From a virus, in IMG/VR virus record IMGVR_UViG_3300045988_110019, positions 1 to 39,268 of that record: DNA of 39,268 nt. One strand, written 5' to 3'. Of this stretch, positions 9,513-18,839 are shown one piece after another (positions within the stretch are counted from its first letter, which is position 1; each line of letters opens with the position of its first letter). The notes under the pieces are model-generated. The model searched no databases, was not told the origin of the DNA, and saw only the letters and a program-made list of their open reading frames with translations. A program made the position numbers and the translations under genes.

Positions 9513-10168
9513 AAACAAATCAGATTATGATACGTCCGATGGGTGAGTTTAAAGTAGTTCAACGGACAAAAGATGCGTTTTTCAATGCAACAGAATTATT
9601 AAAACAGTGGAACCAATTAAAAGGTATGAGGAAAGAAGTTAATGACTACTTCGATTTGTCTTCTACTAAAGAGTTTATTTACACTATAATGAAAAGGGAA
9701 AATTATGATACGGGTAATTACCCCTATCATAAATCAAGAGCAAATAAGGGTGATAATGCGGGTACATGGATGCATCCACTGCTTTTTATTGATTTTGCAA
9801 TGTGGATAAATCCATCATTTAAATATGATGTTCTAAAATTCGTTTATGACGAAATGATAAAGTTCCGCAATCTTGCCGGTGATGCATATCCCAGAATGTG
9901 TACGGCTGTTTGTTCTATCCTTCCAAAGGAGGTATTTAAGCAAAAAGTTAGTGATTTGGCAAAATCACTCAATATCATTGTGTATGGCAAACATGAATCA
10001 GAAATGCGTAATAAGATTGGCGATGAGGCTAAGATACGTGAGATGTATGAACTGGAACAACAGATAGCCCAATGGATTGAGCTGGGATTTATTAAAAATT
10101 ATCAGGAATTGAAACAGGCACTAACGAAGGTGTATTATCAGAGACACCCTGATGTATTGCCTATGTAG
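9509..10168 (+). CDS. KilA-N domain DNA-binding protein (moron inside the tail module)
   Basis: FKVVQRTKDAFFNATELLKQWN...GTWMHPLLFIDFAMWINPSFK is a typical KilA-N signature. ATGA overlap with the upstream gene. Confidence 0.75.
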   Translation: MKTNQIMIRPMGEFKVVQRTKDAFFNATELLKQWNQLKGMRKEVNDYFDLSSTKEFIYTIMKRENYDTGNYPYHKSRANKGDNAGTWMHPLLFIDFAMWINPSFKYDVLKFVYDEMIKFRNLAGDAYPRMCTAVCSILPKEVFKQKVSDLAKSLNIIVYGKHESEMRNKIGDEAKIREMYELEQQIAQWIELGFIKNYQELKQALTKVYYQRHPDVLPM

Positions 10169-10224
10169 ATAACTTATTGAATATAGCACTTAAGAATAAA
10201 TTCATAGTAAAAATCAATTGTTTT

Positions 10225-10259
10225 ACGGATTCGGTTCGTGAGAATAGAATCTGTTTTTT
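10225..10259 (+). terminator. Rho-independent terminator after the KilA-N gene
   Basis: Stem acggattc / gaatctgt (one mismatch) followed by a T-run. Confidence 0.55.
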
Positions 10260-10292
10260 AAGGAATTGTTTAACTTTTAAATTATATAGATT

Positions 10293-10766
10293 ATGTCAAA
10301 AGCAAAACCTTTGAATGGAAAGGATTTTATGATTTTCGTTGCCGGTAAGGCTACGGCTTTGGCAACCAGTCACAAGCTGACACTTACCGCAGAGACGGGC
10401 GATGCCGCCAGCAAGGACGATGGCATGTGGGATGAGTCGATAGTCACGAAGATGGGATGGGAAGCATCTACAGAGGCGTTAGTGAGTGCTGATGCTGATG
10501 TGGAAAGTTTTGATTCTCTTTATGATGCTTTTATTGCCGGTGAGGCGGTTGATATCATTTTGGGAGTACCGGCTAATTTGACCAATGACGGTATTCCTGA
10601 AAACGGTTGGGCTTCTCCGGCTACGAAGGCGGGTCAGAAGTATTACAAGGGTAAGGCTCTGATTACATCTCTTGACCGTACTGATGCCAAGGGTAGTAAT
10701 TCCACCATGACGGCGCAGTTTAAGGGACAAGGGAAACTGGAGAAGGCTACAGGTGCAGGAAGTTGA
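10293..10766 (+). CDS. Major tail protein (TP901-1/phi13-like)
   Basis: 157 aa. LNGKDFMIFV...TAETGDAASKDDGMWDESIVTKMGWEAS pattern of siphovirus major tail proteins. Confidence 0.8.
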   Translation: MSKAKPLNGKDFMIFVAGKATALATSHKLTLTAETGDAASKDDGMWDESIVTKMGWEASTEALVSADADVESFDSLYDAFIAGEAVDIILGVPANLTNDGIPENGWASPATKAGQKYYKGKALITSLDRTDAKGSNSTMTAQFKGQGKLEKATGAGS

Positions 10767-10783
10767 TTTAAAGCTGTTGGGCT

Positions 10784-11101
10784 ATGAAGAAAGTAACGAT
10801 CAACAATGCAGAGTATACATTAAGGTATACTCTGCGCGCCTTATTTATATATGAGGAAATTACCGGGAAGTCTTATTCCGGTGACAGGATGGTTAACAGT
10901 TATATCCTGTTATGTGCTATGCTGATGGCAAATAACAAGGATTTTCCGTTAACGTTTGATGATGTGATAGACGCATGTGATTTAGATCCGTCCATTTTCG
11001 AAACGTTTTTGGCTGTTTTAGAGGAAGAGAACAAGAGAATCGGTATGATTGTCGGGAAAGATGATAAAAAAAAAGCGATGGGAAAGAGAGCGAAGAAGTA
11101 A
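10784..11101 (+). CDS. Tail assembly chaperone (gpG-like)
   Basis: 105-aa ORF between the major tail and tape-measure genes. Ends just after an A9 slippery run. Confidence 0.75.
   Translation: MKKVTINNAEYTLRYTLRALFIYEEITGKSYSGDRMVNSYILLCAMLMANNKDFPLTFDDVIDACDLDPSIFETFLAVLEEENKRIGMIVGKDDKKKAMGKRAKK
11066..11074 (+). promoter_or_regulatory. A9 slippery sequence, candidate -1 programmed ribosomal frameshift site
   Basis: A AAA AAA heptamer at 11068-11074 in the zero frame of 10784..11101. The -1 frame is open from 11068 into ORF 11104..11406. Confidence 0.7.
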
Positions 11102-11103
11102 GT

Positions 11104-11406
11104 GTGATAAGGTTGTATGAAGAAGTTGTCGGTCGTGGAGGGATATCACCTGATTACTTCTTTGACAGTATGACTTTTAACGAGTGTGCTGCATTTATAA
11201 GGGGGATGAACCGGAAGGAGCAGGAGGCATGGGAGCGCACAAGAATGATGATGTATACTATCGCACAAGTGAATTCTACGGAAAGTCTCACACCTGAATT
11301 GCTGTTCCCATTTCCATGGGATGAGGAACGGGAACCGATAGAGATAGATGAGAATGAGCTGAAAGAATTGAGAGAACGAGCAAAAAATATGGAATATGGC
11401 AAGTAA
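11104..11406 (+). CDS. Tail assembly chaperone frameshift extension (gpT-like), probably made as a fusion with 10784..11101
   Basis: Lies in the -1 frame relative to the upstream ORF. Its only possible start is GTG. Position upstream of the tape measure. Confidence 0.7.
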   Translation: MIRLYEEVVGRGGISPDYFFDSMTFNECAAFIRGMNRKEQEAWERTRMMMYTIAQVNSTESLTPELLFPFPWDEEREPIEIDENELKELRERAKNMEYGK

Positions 11407-13618
11407 TGCGATTGTAAGATTGTTGTTTAACACCGCTGATTTTGATAAGAACATCAGAAGGGCGAAAGGTGAGATAGGGAATTTTGAAAAAAGCATAACA
11501 AGTATGGCCGGCAAGATAGGACCTGCTCTAAGTGGTTTTGCTGCTTTCGCTGGTATATCGGTAGCCATTGGGGATGTGGTAAGGACTTCTATGGAGTTTG
11601 AAAAGTCGTTATCTTCTTTGAAATCCTTAACAGGTGTGACAACGCAGGAGCTTTCGTTTTTTAAAGATGAGGCTATCCGTTTGGGTAGTACCACCACGCA
11701 GACTGCATCTCAGGTGGTAGATGCCTTTAAGCTGATAGGATCTCAAATGCCAGAGTTGTTAAAAAATAAAGAGGCTTTATCTTCTGTAACGGAAAGCGCT
11801 ATTATATTAGCAGAAGCCGCAGAAATAGATGTTCCTGAGGCCGCTAAAGCGTTAACAGGAGCTCTAAATCAGATGGGCGCTTCTTCTAGCCAAGCTGCTG
11901 AATATATCAATATTTTAGCGGCAGCCTCTCAACAAGGCTCTGCTGATATCCCATATCTGAACAAGGCTATAGAGAATGCCGGTGGTGCTGCATCTTCTGT
12001 AGGTGTACAATTCAATGAATTGGTAGCCGCGATAGAGGCTATTGCTCCTAAAATAACGGATGCCGGCAGTGCGGGAACTAATCTGCGTAATATATTTCTC
12101 ACTTTGGAAAGTAGTGCGGACAAGAACTTACGTCCTTCCGTGGTCGGGTTGTCACAAGCTGTGGAAAACCTTGCAGCAAAGCACATGAACGCTACAGAAA
12201 TGACGAAAATGTTTGGTAAAGAGAGCGTAACGGCTGCTTTGGCACTCGTTTCTGAAAAAGATAAATTTATAGAGTTAACCGATGGAATAACAGGAACAAA
12301 TACTGCATTAGAACAACAAAAAATCAATAATGACAACTTAGCAGGATCTATAGCGGCATTGCAATCTGCTTGGGAAGGTTTCATATTAACGCTAAACAAT
12401 TCTTCGGGTATGTTACAAAGCGTAGTTGGTTTTTTAGCTGATATTGTAGATGGAGCACGAACGGCATTTTCTTCATTACAAGCTTTGGACGAGTCTAGTT
12501 ATAAGAGCGAAGGTCAGAAATCGTTTAGATCAGAAAAAGTTCAAAACGCTATAAATGATATAAACGAACTGGTAAAAGGAGGAATGAGCCGGGAAGATGC
12601 CTTGAACTGGGAAGAGAATTTAACAAGAGATCTGTATAAGAGAGCTGATTCGTTAGAAGAAAAAAAAGAAGCCTATGAAGAGGCTATGGCAATATACAAT
12701 GAGAGAGGTGGACAGTGGGACAAACGGGCTTACGAGCAATCAAAGGAAGTGTATATGTTAGCTCGGAACGAAAAGCAAATACGTGATGAAATATTAGATT
12801 ATATTGAAAAAGAACGACAGAAATTAAAAGGCGTTGGTGATATCCAGAAGGAATTAAACAAGGGGGCTACTGTGGGTACTGGGGGAAAGAAAGGACCTAC
12901 GGATTTGCAATTAGCTGCATTTAATGCCGAAGGATGGGCTAATGAAGAGGTAAAAGGGCTTCATAACAAGCTAAGACAGGCTATTGAGAGTGGAGATAAA
13001 ATAAAGATAAAAAATATAGAGATTGATTTGGATGAAGCTATAGATGAAGCTAAATTACCTGATTTGTCCAAAAAAATTAAAGAAAACGAAGATTTCGCAA
13101 ATTCGTTAAGTGCCATAGGTAACGCTTTTGGTAGCATGTCTTCAATGGCTGATGGTGCCGCCGGTTCTATCCTGTCTTATTTCGGGAACTTAATGAACTC
13201 TGTGGCTGCCGCGATTCCGGCTATTGATGCTCTTAATGCAAAGAAAAAGGAAGAATCTGTGGCTAATACGGAAGCAGCCGTAACCGGAGCCGCTTCGTCT
13301 GTGGCTTCCATTCCGTTTGTTGGTGCGGCTTTGGCTGTAGCCGCCATAGCTTCAGTTTTGGCTGCTTTAGCCAATATTCCCAAATATGCAACAGGTGGTA
13401 TAGTGGGAGGATCATCATTTTTCGGTGATCACATGATAGCACGGGTTAACAGTGGCGAGATGATATTGAACCAGTCCCAGCAAGGTAAGCTGTTCAATAT
13501 GATTAATAATGGTGGTGGATCCAATCACATAACGGTAGACGGTGAGGCACGGGTAAGCGGTAAGGCTATGTATATAACAATAAGGAATTACATGAAGGCT
13601 AACAATATAAAGTGGTGA
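11396..13618 (+). CDS. Tail tape measure protein
   Basis: 740 aa, Ala/Ser-rich helical N-terminal core (LGSTTTQTASQVVDAFKLIGSQ), coiled-coil middle, hydrophobic Gly/Ala-rich C-terminal part. Confidence 0.9.
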   Translation: MASNAIVRLLFNTADFDKNIRRAKGEIGNFEKSITSMAGKIGPALSGFAAFAGISVAIGDVVRTSMEFEKSLSSLKSLTGVTTQELSFFKDEAIRLGSTTTQTASQVVDAFKLIGSQMPELLKNKEALSSVTESAIILAEAAEIDVPEAAKALTGALNQMGASSSQAAEYINILAAASQQGSADIPYLNKAIENAGGAASSVGVQFNELVAAIEAIAPKITDAGSAGTNLRNIFLTLESSADKNLRPSVVGLSQAVENLAAKHMNATEMTKMFGKESVTAALALVSEKDKFIELTDGITGTNTALEQQKINNDNLAGSIAALQSAWEGFILTLNNSSGMLQSVVGFLADIVDGARTAFSSLQALDESSYKSEGQKSFRSEKVQNAINDINELVKGGMSREDALNWEENLTRDLYKRADSLEEKKEAYEEAMAIYNERGGQWDKRAYEQSKEVYMLARNEKQIRDEILDYIEKERQKLKGVGDIQKELNKGATVGTGGKKGPTDLQLAAFNAEGWANEEVKGLHNKLRQAIESGDKIKIKNIEIDLDEAIDEAKLPDLSKKIKENEDFANSLSAIGNAFGSMSSMADGAAGSILSYFGNLMNSVAAAIPAIDALNAKKKEESVANTEAAVTGAASSVASIPFVGAALAVAAIASVLAALANIPKYATGGIVGGSSFFGDHMIARVNSGEMILNQSQQGKLFNMINNGGGSNHITVDGEARVSGKAMYITIRNYMKANNIKW

Positions 13619-13619
13619 T

Positions 13620-15695
13620 ATGGGGCAGAGATATAACATACATTTTAAAAATTACAGAAACACAGCCTATGATGTAAAGGTCTATATTGATGGCTATGTG
13701 GGACAGGTGACAGAATTACTGGGCGCAAGAAGCGCATTTGTCGTAGAAGGGAACGATGAAAACTTTGTATATGAGCCGATAAGAAGTTCTACGGCAACAT
13801 TGACCCTTCTTGGTAGTGATTTACTTCTAGACCTGTTTAGCATTAACAACCAGTACGCCCCGGTTAAGCTGTTCAAGGGTGACAAGTTGATGTGGACGGG
13901 GTATATTGTTCCGGAACAATTTACGCAGCCTTATAAGCCTACACCGGATAATATCAGTATTGATTGTATCAGTGCAATAGGAACGCTTGAGAATATACAA
14001 TATGAGAAACAGACAGAGAATGGATTTATAACGTCGATAAACCTCTTAAGGTACATTATAAGATCAGCTAATGGGGGATATGAAAAGATATATATACCTT
14101 ATGTCTATGGATCGTCAGAAGTGAATTATTCGACAAAGAAAAACATATTCGATGAGATAACTCTCGCAGAAGAAAACTTCACCTCAGAAGGGATGATGTT
14201 GGACGAGGTACTGGAGTATTTTTGTCGTTTTTTTAATTGGACCTTATACGATTATGAAGGTAGCCTGTATTTTGTTGATGCAGATTGGAAAGGGGAATAC
14301 TTCTCGTATGGCGAGGATCTTGTCACTTATGAGATGGTTACTCCAAACACTGTATTGCTTCAGGATATCGGCTTCGGTGGTAGTGATCATACAATAGATG
14401 TGCTTCCCGGGTATAATAAGGTTACTGTTAAGGCGATAAACAACGTCTTTGACGAATTGGTGGAGAATGAAGATTTAGAAACGTTGAAAGAAAACGGTTA
14501 CCAAAGTGTAAGTTATGATAAACTGTCAGGGGATGATGTTAAGGTGGTACGCAAAAGGTTTTTAATTCCTGAAAAATGGGAATTGGACTCTTACGATGGC
14601 GATACAGGGGAAAAACAAGATCCGAAAGATGCAATGAATAATTCTTTCGGAAGCGCATTGCTAAAAATTAGTGAATATGGGGGAAAGTGGGAAAGATCGG
14701 ATTTTATCCCTGACATTTCTGACTATTCATGGACATTGGCCGTTCAAGATAGAGTGAAAGGGCAGCAGTTTCAGGAAAAGCCGGGGGAGGCAATGAGTAA
14801 GGATTTGGTTGCGATAAAAGGTGCTAAGGGAGCTGCGTGGATGAATGGAGCATTAAGTATTGACGGTAGTATTATAGTTCCGTGGGACGATGCAAATTTA
14901 GCGTTCTGTAAGCCTTCGGGGAAATCCGGGTATGCTGATATTACTTATGTGCTAAGGATAGGAGATAAGTATTGGAATGGAAGTTCGTGGGTTGACAGTG
15001 AGGCTGAATTTAAGATCAGATATGAAAACGAAAGCGCAGGCTCTCCATTAACTGTTAAGAATACCAAGTCACCTGATATGCCGTATTCTGGTCTGTCCGG
15101 ATATATTATTAAATTGCCGGATAATGCACCGATTATAGGGGATTTAGCATTAAAGATAAGAAGGACAAGTGAAATAGGATTTACTCCTGAATCGGGAGCT
15201 GGGAGTATAAAATTTTATGGATATATATACAAGAATCCTAATCTGAATTATAAGAAAAAAGACGGAGTTGTAGATGAAGGTGAGAACGGGGATCGTGTAT
15301 ACGAGAATGTAGTCAATGAAAAATTTATGTCCGAACTTGACGAGATAGAATTTGGCATAAGTAGTTATAATGAAGACGGGGCGACTTACAGCAAAGCTCT
15401 TTTAAATGGCAATTTTTTAACAAACAACTTGTATTCGGCAATAGAAGGTACGCTTGTGCGCCCCGAAGAAGCGTTGATCAGGCGTATAATTAACCGATAC
15501 CGAGTAACCAAAATCAAGTTAACTCAGGTATTAAAAAACAGTGATCTCATTCATCCTTTCACGGTTTTGTATGACAATTCTATGGTTAGTAAGAAATTCT
15601 TGTTATTAAGTGGTGTATGGGATTACGAGCAGAATACAATAACATTATCAATGATAGAGAATGGCGATAAGGTCAGATATAAGAATCATAAGTAG
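13620..15695 (+). CDS. Distal tail protein-like tail component
   Basis: 691-aa ORF directly after the tape measure (the canonical Dit position). Confidence 0.6.
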   Translation: MGQRYNIHFKNYRNTAYDVKVYIDGYVGQVTELLGARSAFVVEGNDENFVYEPIRSSTATLTLLGSDLLLDLFSINNQYAPVKLFKGDKLMWTGYIVPEQFTQPYKPTPDNISIDCISAIGTLENIQYEKQTENGFITSINLLRYIIRSANGGYEKIYIPYVYGSSEVNYSTKKNIFDEITLAEENFTSEGMMLDEVLEYFCRFFNWTLYDYEGSLYFVDADWKGEYFSYGEDLVTYEMVTPNTVLLQDIGFGGSDHTIDVLPGYNKVTVKAINNVFDELVENEDLETLKENGYQSVSYDKLSGDDVKVVRKRFLIPEKWELDSYDGDTGEKQDPKDAMNNSFGSALLKISEYGGKWERSDFIPDISDYSWTLAVQDRVKGQQFQEKPGEAMSKDLVAIKGAKGAAWMNGALSIDGSIIVPWDDANLAFCKPSGKSGYADITYVLRIGDKYWNGSSWVDSEAEFKIRYENESAGSPLTVKNTKSPDMPYSGLSGYIIKLPDNAPIIGDLALKIRRTSEIGFTPESGAGSIKFYGYIYKNPNLNYKKKDGVVDEGENGDRVYENVVNEKFMSELDEIEFGISSYNEDGATYSKALLNGNFLTNNLYSAIEGTLVRPEEALIRRIINRYRVTKIKLTQVLKNSDLIHPFTVLYDNSMVSKKFLLLSGVWDYEQNTITLSMIENGDKVRYKNHK

Positions 15696-17988
15696 GGTAG
15701 TACCGAGGGAGCGTGATGGGAAGTATGTTCCCCGCTCTGTGACTATTATACAGGGTGGCGGTGGTGGCGGTGATGTCACCAATGCCGATCATGCCAATTC
15801 CGCATATACGCTGGATGAGGACACACCTGTATTCAATTGGTTTATTTCCGCTTTAAATGACGATGAAGCGCAAGGGGTGATTAATTTTTTGAAGGGGATA
15901 AAAATTAGTGGGCACGATTTAAAGCGTATTGTCGGAACCAAAACAGAGTATGATGATATTAGGGATGATGATATGTTGACAGGTCTGTTTGTTATCGACC
16001 ATTTTTTACGGAAGGATAAACCAGATACGGCCAAAGAATTTATCACATTTGTAAAGGGGTGGTATGGAGGAAATTTTACACAAGGTTCAACCGGAGCAGG
16101 ATTATGGCAAGATGAACAAGGCGCATGGCATCTGGAACTTGACTATGCTCATTTTCGGAGGAAGTTGACCGCTGAAGAAATAGAAGTACAGAAGACAACC
16201 CATATCGGTGGAAAGTTGATGCAGACAGCGGCCGGAATGTCTTGTATAAAAGTTGAGGAATACAACGATTTTTGGCGATGTTACATGCGTACTAAGGATG
16301 CTGATGGAAGGATAATATATAATCAATTTAAGGAAAAAGATCAAGCACTGGTTGAAACGTTTAATTTGGAAAAGCAGGCAGATGGGAAACTAGGGAATCA
16401 TTATTTATGGCGTTTGGTTGTATCTGTAGGAACTGATTATATAGACCTGTCAAAAAGTGTATGTGCATTGGAGAGTGATGCTCCATTGGTAGGGGATGAT
16501 ATTGTACAATTAGGATATCAAGGTACAGATGATCCTAATAGGCAAAATGCTCAGATTTTAGCAGGTGCCGGCACAGGGTCTCCATACATAAGACAATATG
16601 TGGGGATCAATAATTTTATTTTGCCGGAAGAATATACCCGAATAAAACCGGGAGACAATCTGTTGACGGGAAGGATGAACTTGCAGCCGGGTTCTACAGG
16701 TTCGGCAAATCTGACGGATTTGCCGGATGAGGTTTATAAGGCTGTGAATATTGGTTCGGTCAATCTGTTACGTAATACTGGGTTTACGGGAGATTATGAA
16801 ACAGAGGATCTATCTGCCGCTATCGAGTTATCGGCGGATACCGAGCTTTTTAGCAAGCAATTGGAATATTGGACGGGAGTGGCTACCGTATCTGCGGACA
16901 GTGAGGCTATTTCCGGATATTCTGCTGCAATAGGCAGCTTGTCCCAATCTGTGTCGTTAATTAAAGGGGAAAGTTATGTTATCAGCTATAAAGCAAAGGG
17001 TACGTCTGTGTCTGTTTCGTGCGGTTCTTTCAGTGTTTCTCAGCCTCTCACATCCTCTTATCAGAGATATACCCATAAGATTACCTTCAATGGCAGTGGT
17101 ATATTTCTTATCAGTGGTACCGCAATCGTTTGTGACCTTCAGTTAGAAAGAGGAACTATCGCTACCGATTGGAAGCCTTCAATTCTTGACAATGACAAGT
17201 CTATGGCCGGATTTCAAGCAATTAACTATATCGCCAGTGCGATTAAGGATGGATCTGTGGATATCCTTGGCGGTTTGATATTGGCCAATATGATCCAACT
17301 AGGCAACTACAAGGATGGTAAGATGCAAAAGGTCACAGCCGGAGTGAGCGGCATATACAATGATGATGATGATGTGGCATTTTGGGCAGGAGGAAAACTT
17401 GAACAGGCTATTAGAACTGTGATGAGGTTTCGAAATGATCCGAATTACCAACCTACCGATAAAGAATGGGAGAACATGGCGAATTTCGTTGTCGCTCATG
17501 GTGGTGATGTGTTCTTAAGAGGATATATCTATGCTTTGGGCGGATATTTCCGGGGAAAAGTTGAAATAGCCAATGGCAAGATACTGTTGAATGAGGATGG
17601 TTCCGGGCAGCTTGCCAATGGGAACATTAAATGGGATGCAGAGGGAAATCCTGAATTTGTCGGGAAAGTGAAAGTTTCCTCACCGTCAGGTTACGAGATA
17701 ACCATATTCCCTGAGGATGAATATGGGAGACCGTCAATTGATATTCATGATAATGATGGTAATTCGCTCTTAGATATATCCCTTCAATACGGATTGAGCG
17801 GTATGGTTCCCCGTATTTTTATGAATGATCCTTCCAATAGTGATGTATTGTATTTTCGCCCGGACAGTATGGTTGTTGAGCAAAGAGGAAGTGACGGTTA
17901 TATATATCAGACCCAGATAATGGGAGGACGCATAATTATGGTTAAGGGATCTGAGATTGTATGGGATCAGAGCGTATTGCCAAAGTAA
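15661..17988 (+). CDS. Tail-tip / host-specificity protein with a jelly-roll carbohydrate-binding-like module
   Basis: 775 aa in the Tal position. The central segment NLLRNTGFTGDYE...YWTG...GESYVISYKAKG...LQLERGTIATDWKPS resembles CBM/laminin-G-like modules of phage fibres. Confidence 0.65.
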   Translation: MAIRSDIRIISRVVPRERDGKYVPRSVTIIQGGGGGGDVTNADHANSAYTLDEDTPVFNWFISALNDDEAQGVINFLKGIKISGHDLKRIVGTKTEYDDIRDDDMLTGLFVIDHFLRKDKPDTAKEFITFVKGWYGGNFTQGSTGAGLWQDEQGAWHLELDYAHFRRKLTAEEIEVQKTTHIGGKLMQTAAGMSCIKVEEYNDFWRCYMRTKDADGRIIYNQFKEKDQALVETFNLEKQADGKLGNHYLWRLVVSVGTDYIDLSKSVCALESDAPLVGDDIVQLGYQGTDDPNRQNAQILAGAGTGSPYIRQYVGINNFILPEEYTRIKPGDNLLTGRMNLQPGSTGSANLTDLPDEVYKAVNIGSVNLLRNTGFTGDYETEDLSAAIELSADTELFSKQLEYWTGVATVSADSEAISGYSAAIGSLSQSVSLIKGESYVISYKAKGTSVSVSCGSFSVSQPLTSSYQRYTHKITFNGSGIFLISGTAIVCDLQLERGTIATDWKPSILDNDKSMAGFQAINYIASAIKDGSVDILGGLILANMIQLGNYKDGKMQKVTAGVSGIYNDDDDVAFWAGGKLEQAIRTVMRFRNDPNYQPTDKEWENMANFVVAHGGDVFLRGYIYALGGYFRGKVEIANGKILLNEDGSGQLANGNIKWDAEGNPEFVGKVKVSSPSGYEITIFPEDEYGRPSIDIHDNDGNSLLDISLQYGLSGMVPRIFMNDPSNSDVLYFRPDSMVVEQRGSDGYIYQTQIMGGRIIMVKGSEIVWDQSVLPK

Positions 17989-17999
17989 AATGAAGTGAT

Positions 18000-18338
18000 A
18001 TGGAACTTAATAGTATTAATAAAACAGGTACTTGGAGTGAGGCGGTAGATCGTCTTAACAGCAACTTTAGCAAGACCTCCACTGAAGTGGAGAAGGTCAA
18101 GCAGAACGTTATACGCAACAAGGGATTGTTTTCGACTGTAGAAGCATTGCAGGCTGCTGTCCCATCTCCTGTTGTGGGTGACTGGGCAGTTGTGGGGGAT
18201 ACCATACCGGGTCCTCTGTATCAATGTAAGACGAGAGGTGTTTGGAGCGAAACAGGAACAATCGGAGGCGGTGGAAGTGTTGACCTTTCCGGCATCTTGA
18301 CAGTCGAGGAGATAGATGATGTAACATCAATATTATAG
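18000..18338 (+). CDS. Hypothetical tail-associated protein
   Basis: 112-aa ORF in the tail-fibre region. Confidence 0.55.
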   Translation: MELNSINKTGTWSEAVDRLNSNFSKTSTEVEKVKQNVIRNKGLFSTVEALQAAVPSPVVGDWAVVGDTIPGPLYQCKTRGVWSETGTIGGGGSVDLSGILTVEEIDDVTSIL

Positions 18339-18340
18339 CT

Positions 18341-18772
18341 ATGAAAATTAATTATCAGTCCGATTTTAAAATTATAGAGAAAAACCTGAATGGAGACATA
18401 TCAACTCCCTTCCGGTTTACTTACTTCAATCCGTTTAAGGGAAAGTTTATAGCCTCCTTTGACGGACAAGAGTATGTGGGTTGCAGCCGTATGGAAGATG
18501 GCAGTCTGCTTGTTGCTTTTGACAACCCCGGTTTCTCTCCCGGTATGTTAAAGGTCAAACGGGAATACTTCATCTCTGATGTTGACTTTAGAGATGGCAT
18601 CTGCAACATTGTATCTATTGAAGATACAGGGATTGTGCTGACTACTGGAAAGACCGATGAAAGCACAGCGGAAATAACATCTTATCCTGATTATGTCGTC
18701 TACAATGCGGTGCAGAGCGTATCTCTGTCAGATAAGGAGTATGATGATGTGTTGAGTGATTTTAATAGTTAA
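18341..18772 (+). CDS. Hypothetical tail-associated protein
   Basis: 143-aa ORF in the tail-fibre region. Confidence 0.55.
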   Translation: MKINYQSDFKIIEKNLNGDISTPFRFTYFNPFKGKFIASFDGQEYVGCSRMEDGSLLVAFDNPGFSPGMLKVKREYFISDVDFRDGICNIVSIEDTGIVLTTGKTDESTAEITSYPDYVVYNAVQSVSLSDKEYDDVLSDFNS

Positions 18773-18839
18773 TAAATAATTACATAAAATAACAACAGTC
18801 CAAGTTCCGGCGGAACTTAGGCTAAAAATAAGATACATT

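Noticed and set aside
11146-11697. 183-aa minus-strand ORF (and similar ones at 1048..1542, 7216..7638, 11929..12399, 5528..5944)
   Set aside because: These are shadow ORFs fully inside well-supported plus-strand structural genes, with low-complexity or odd composition.
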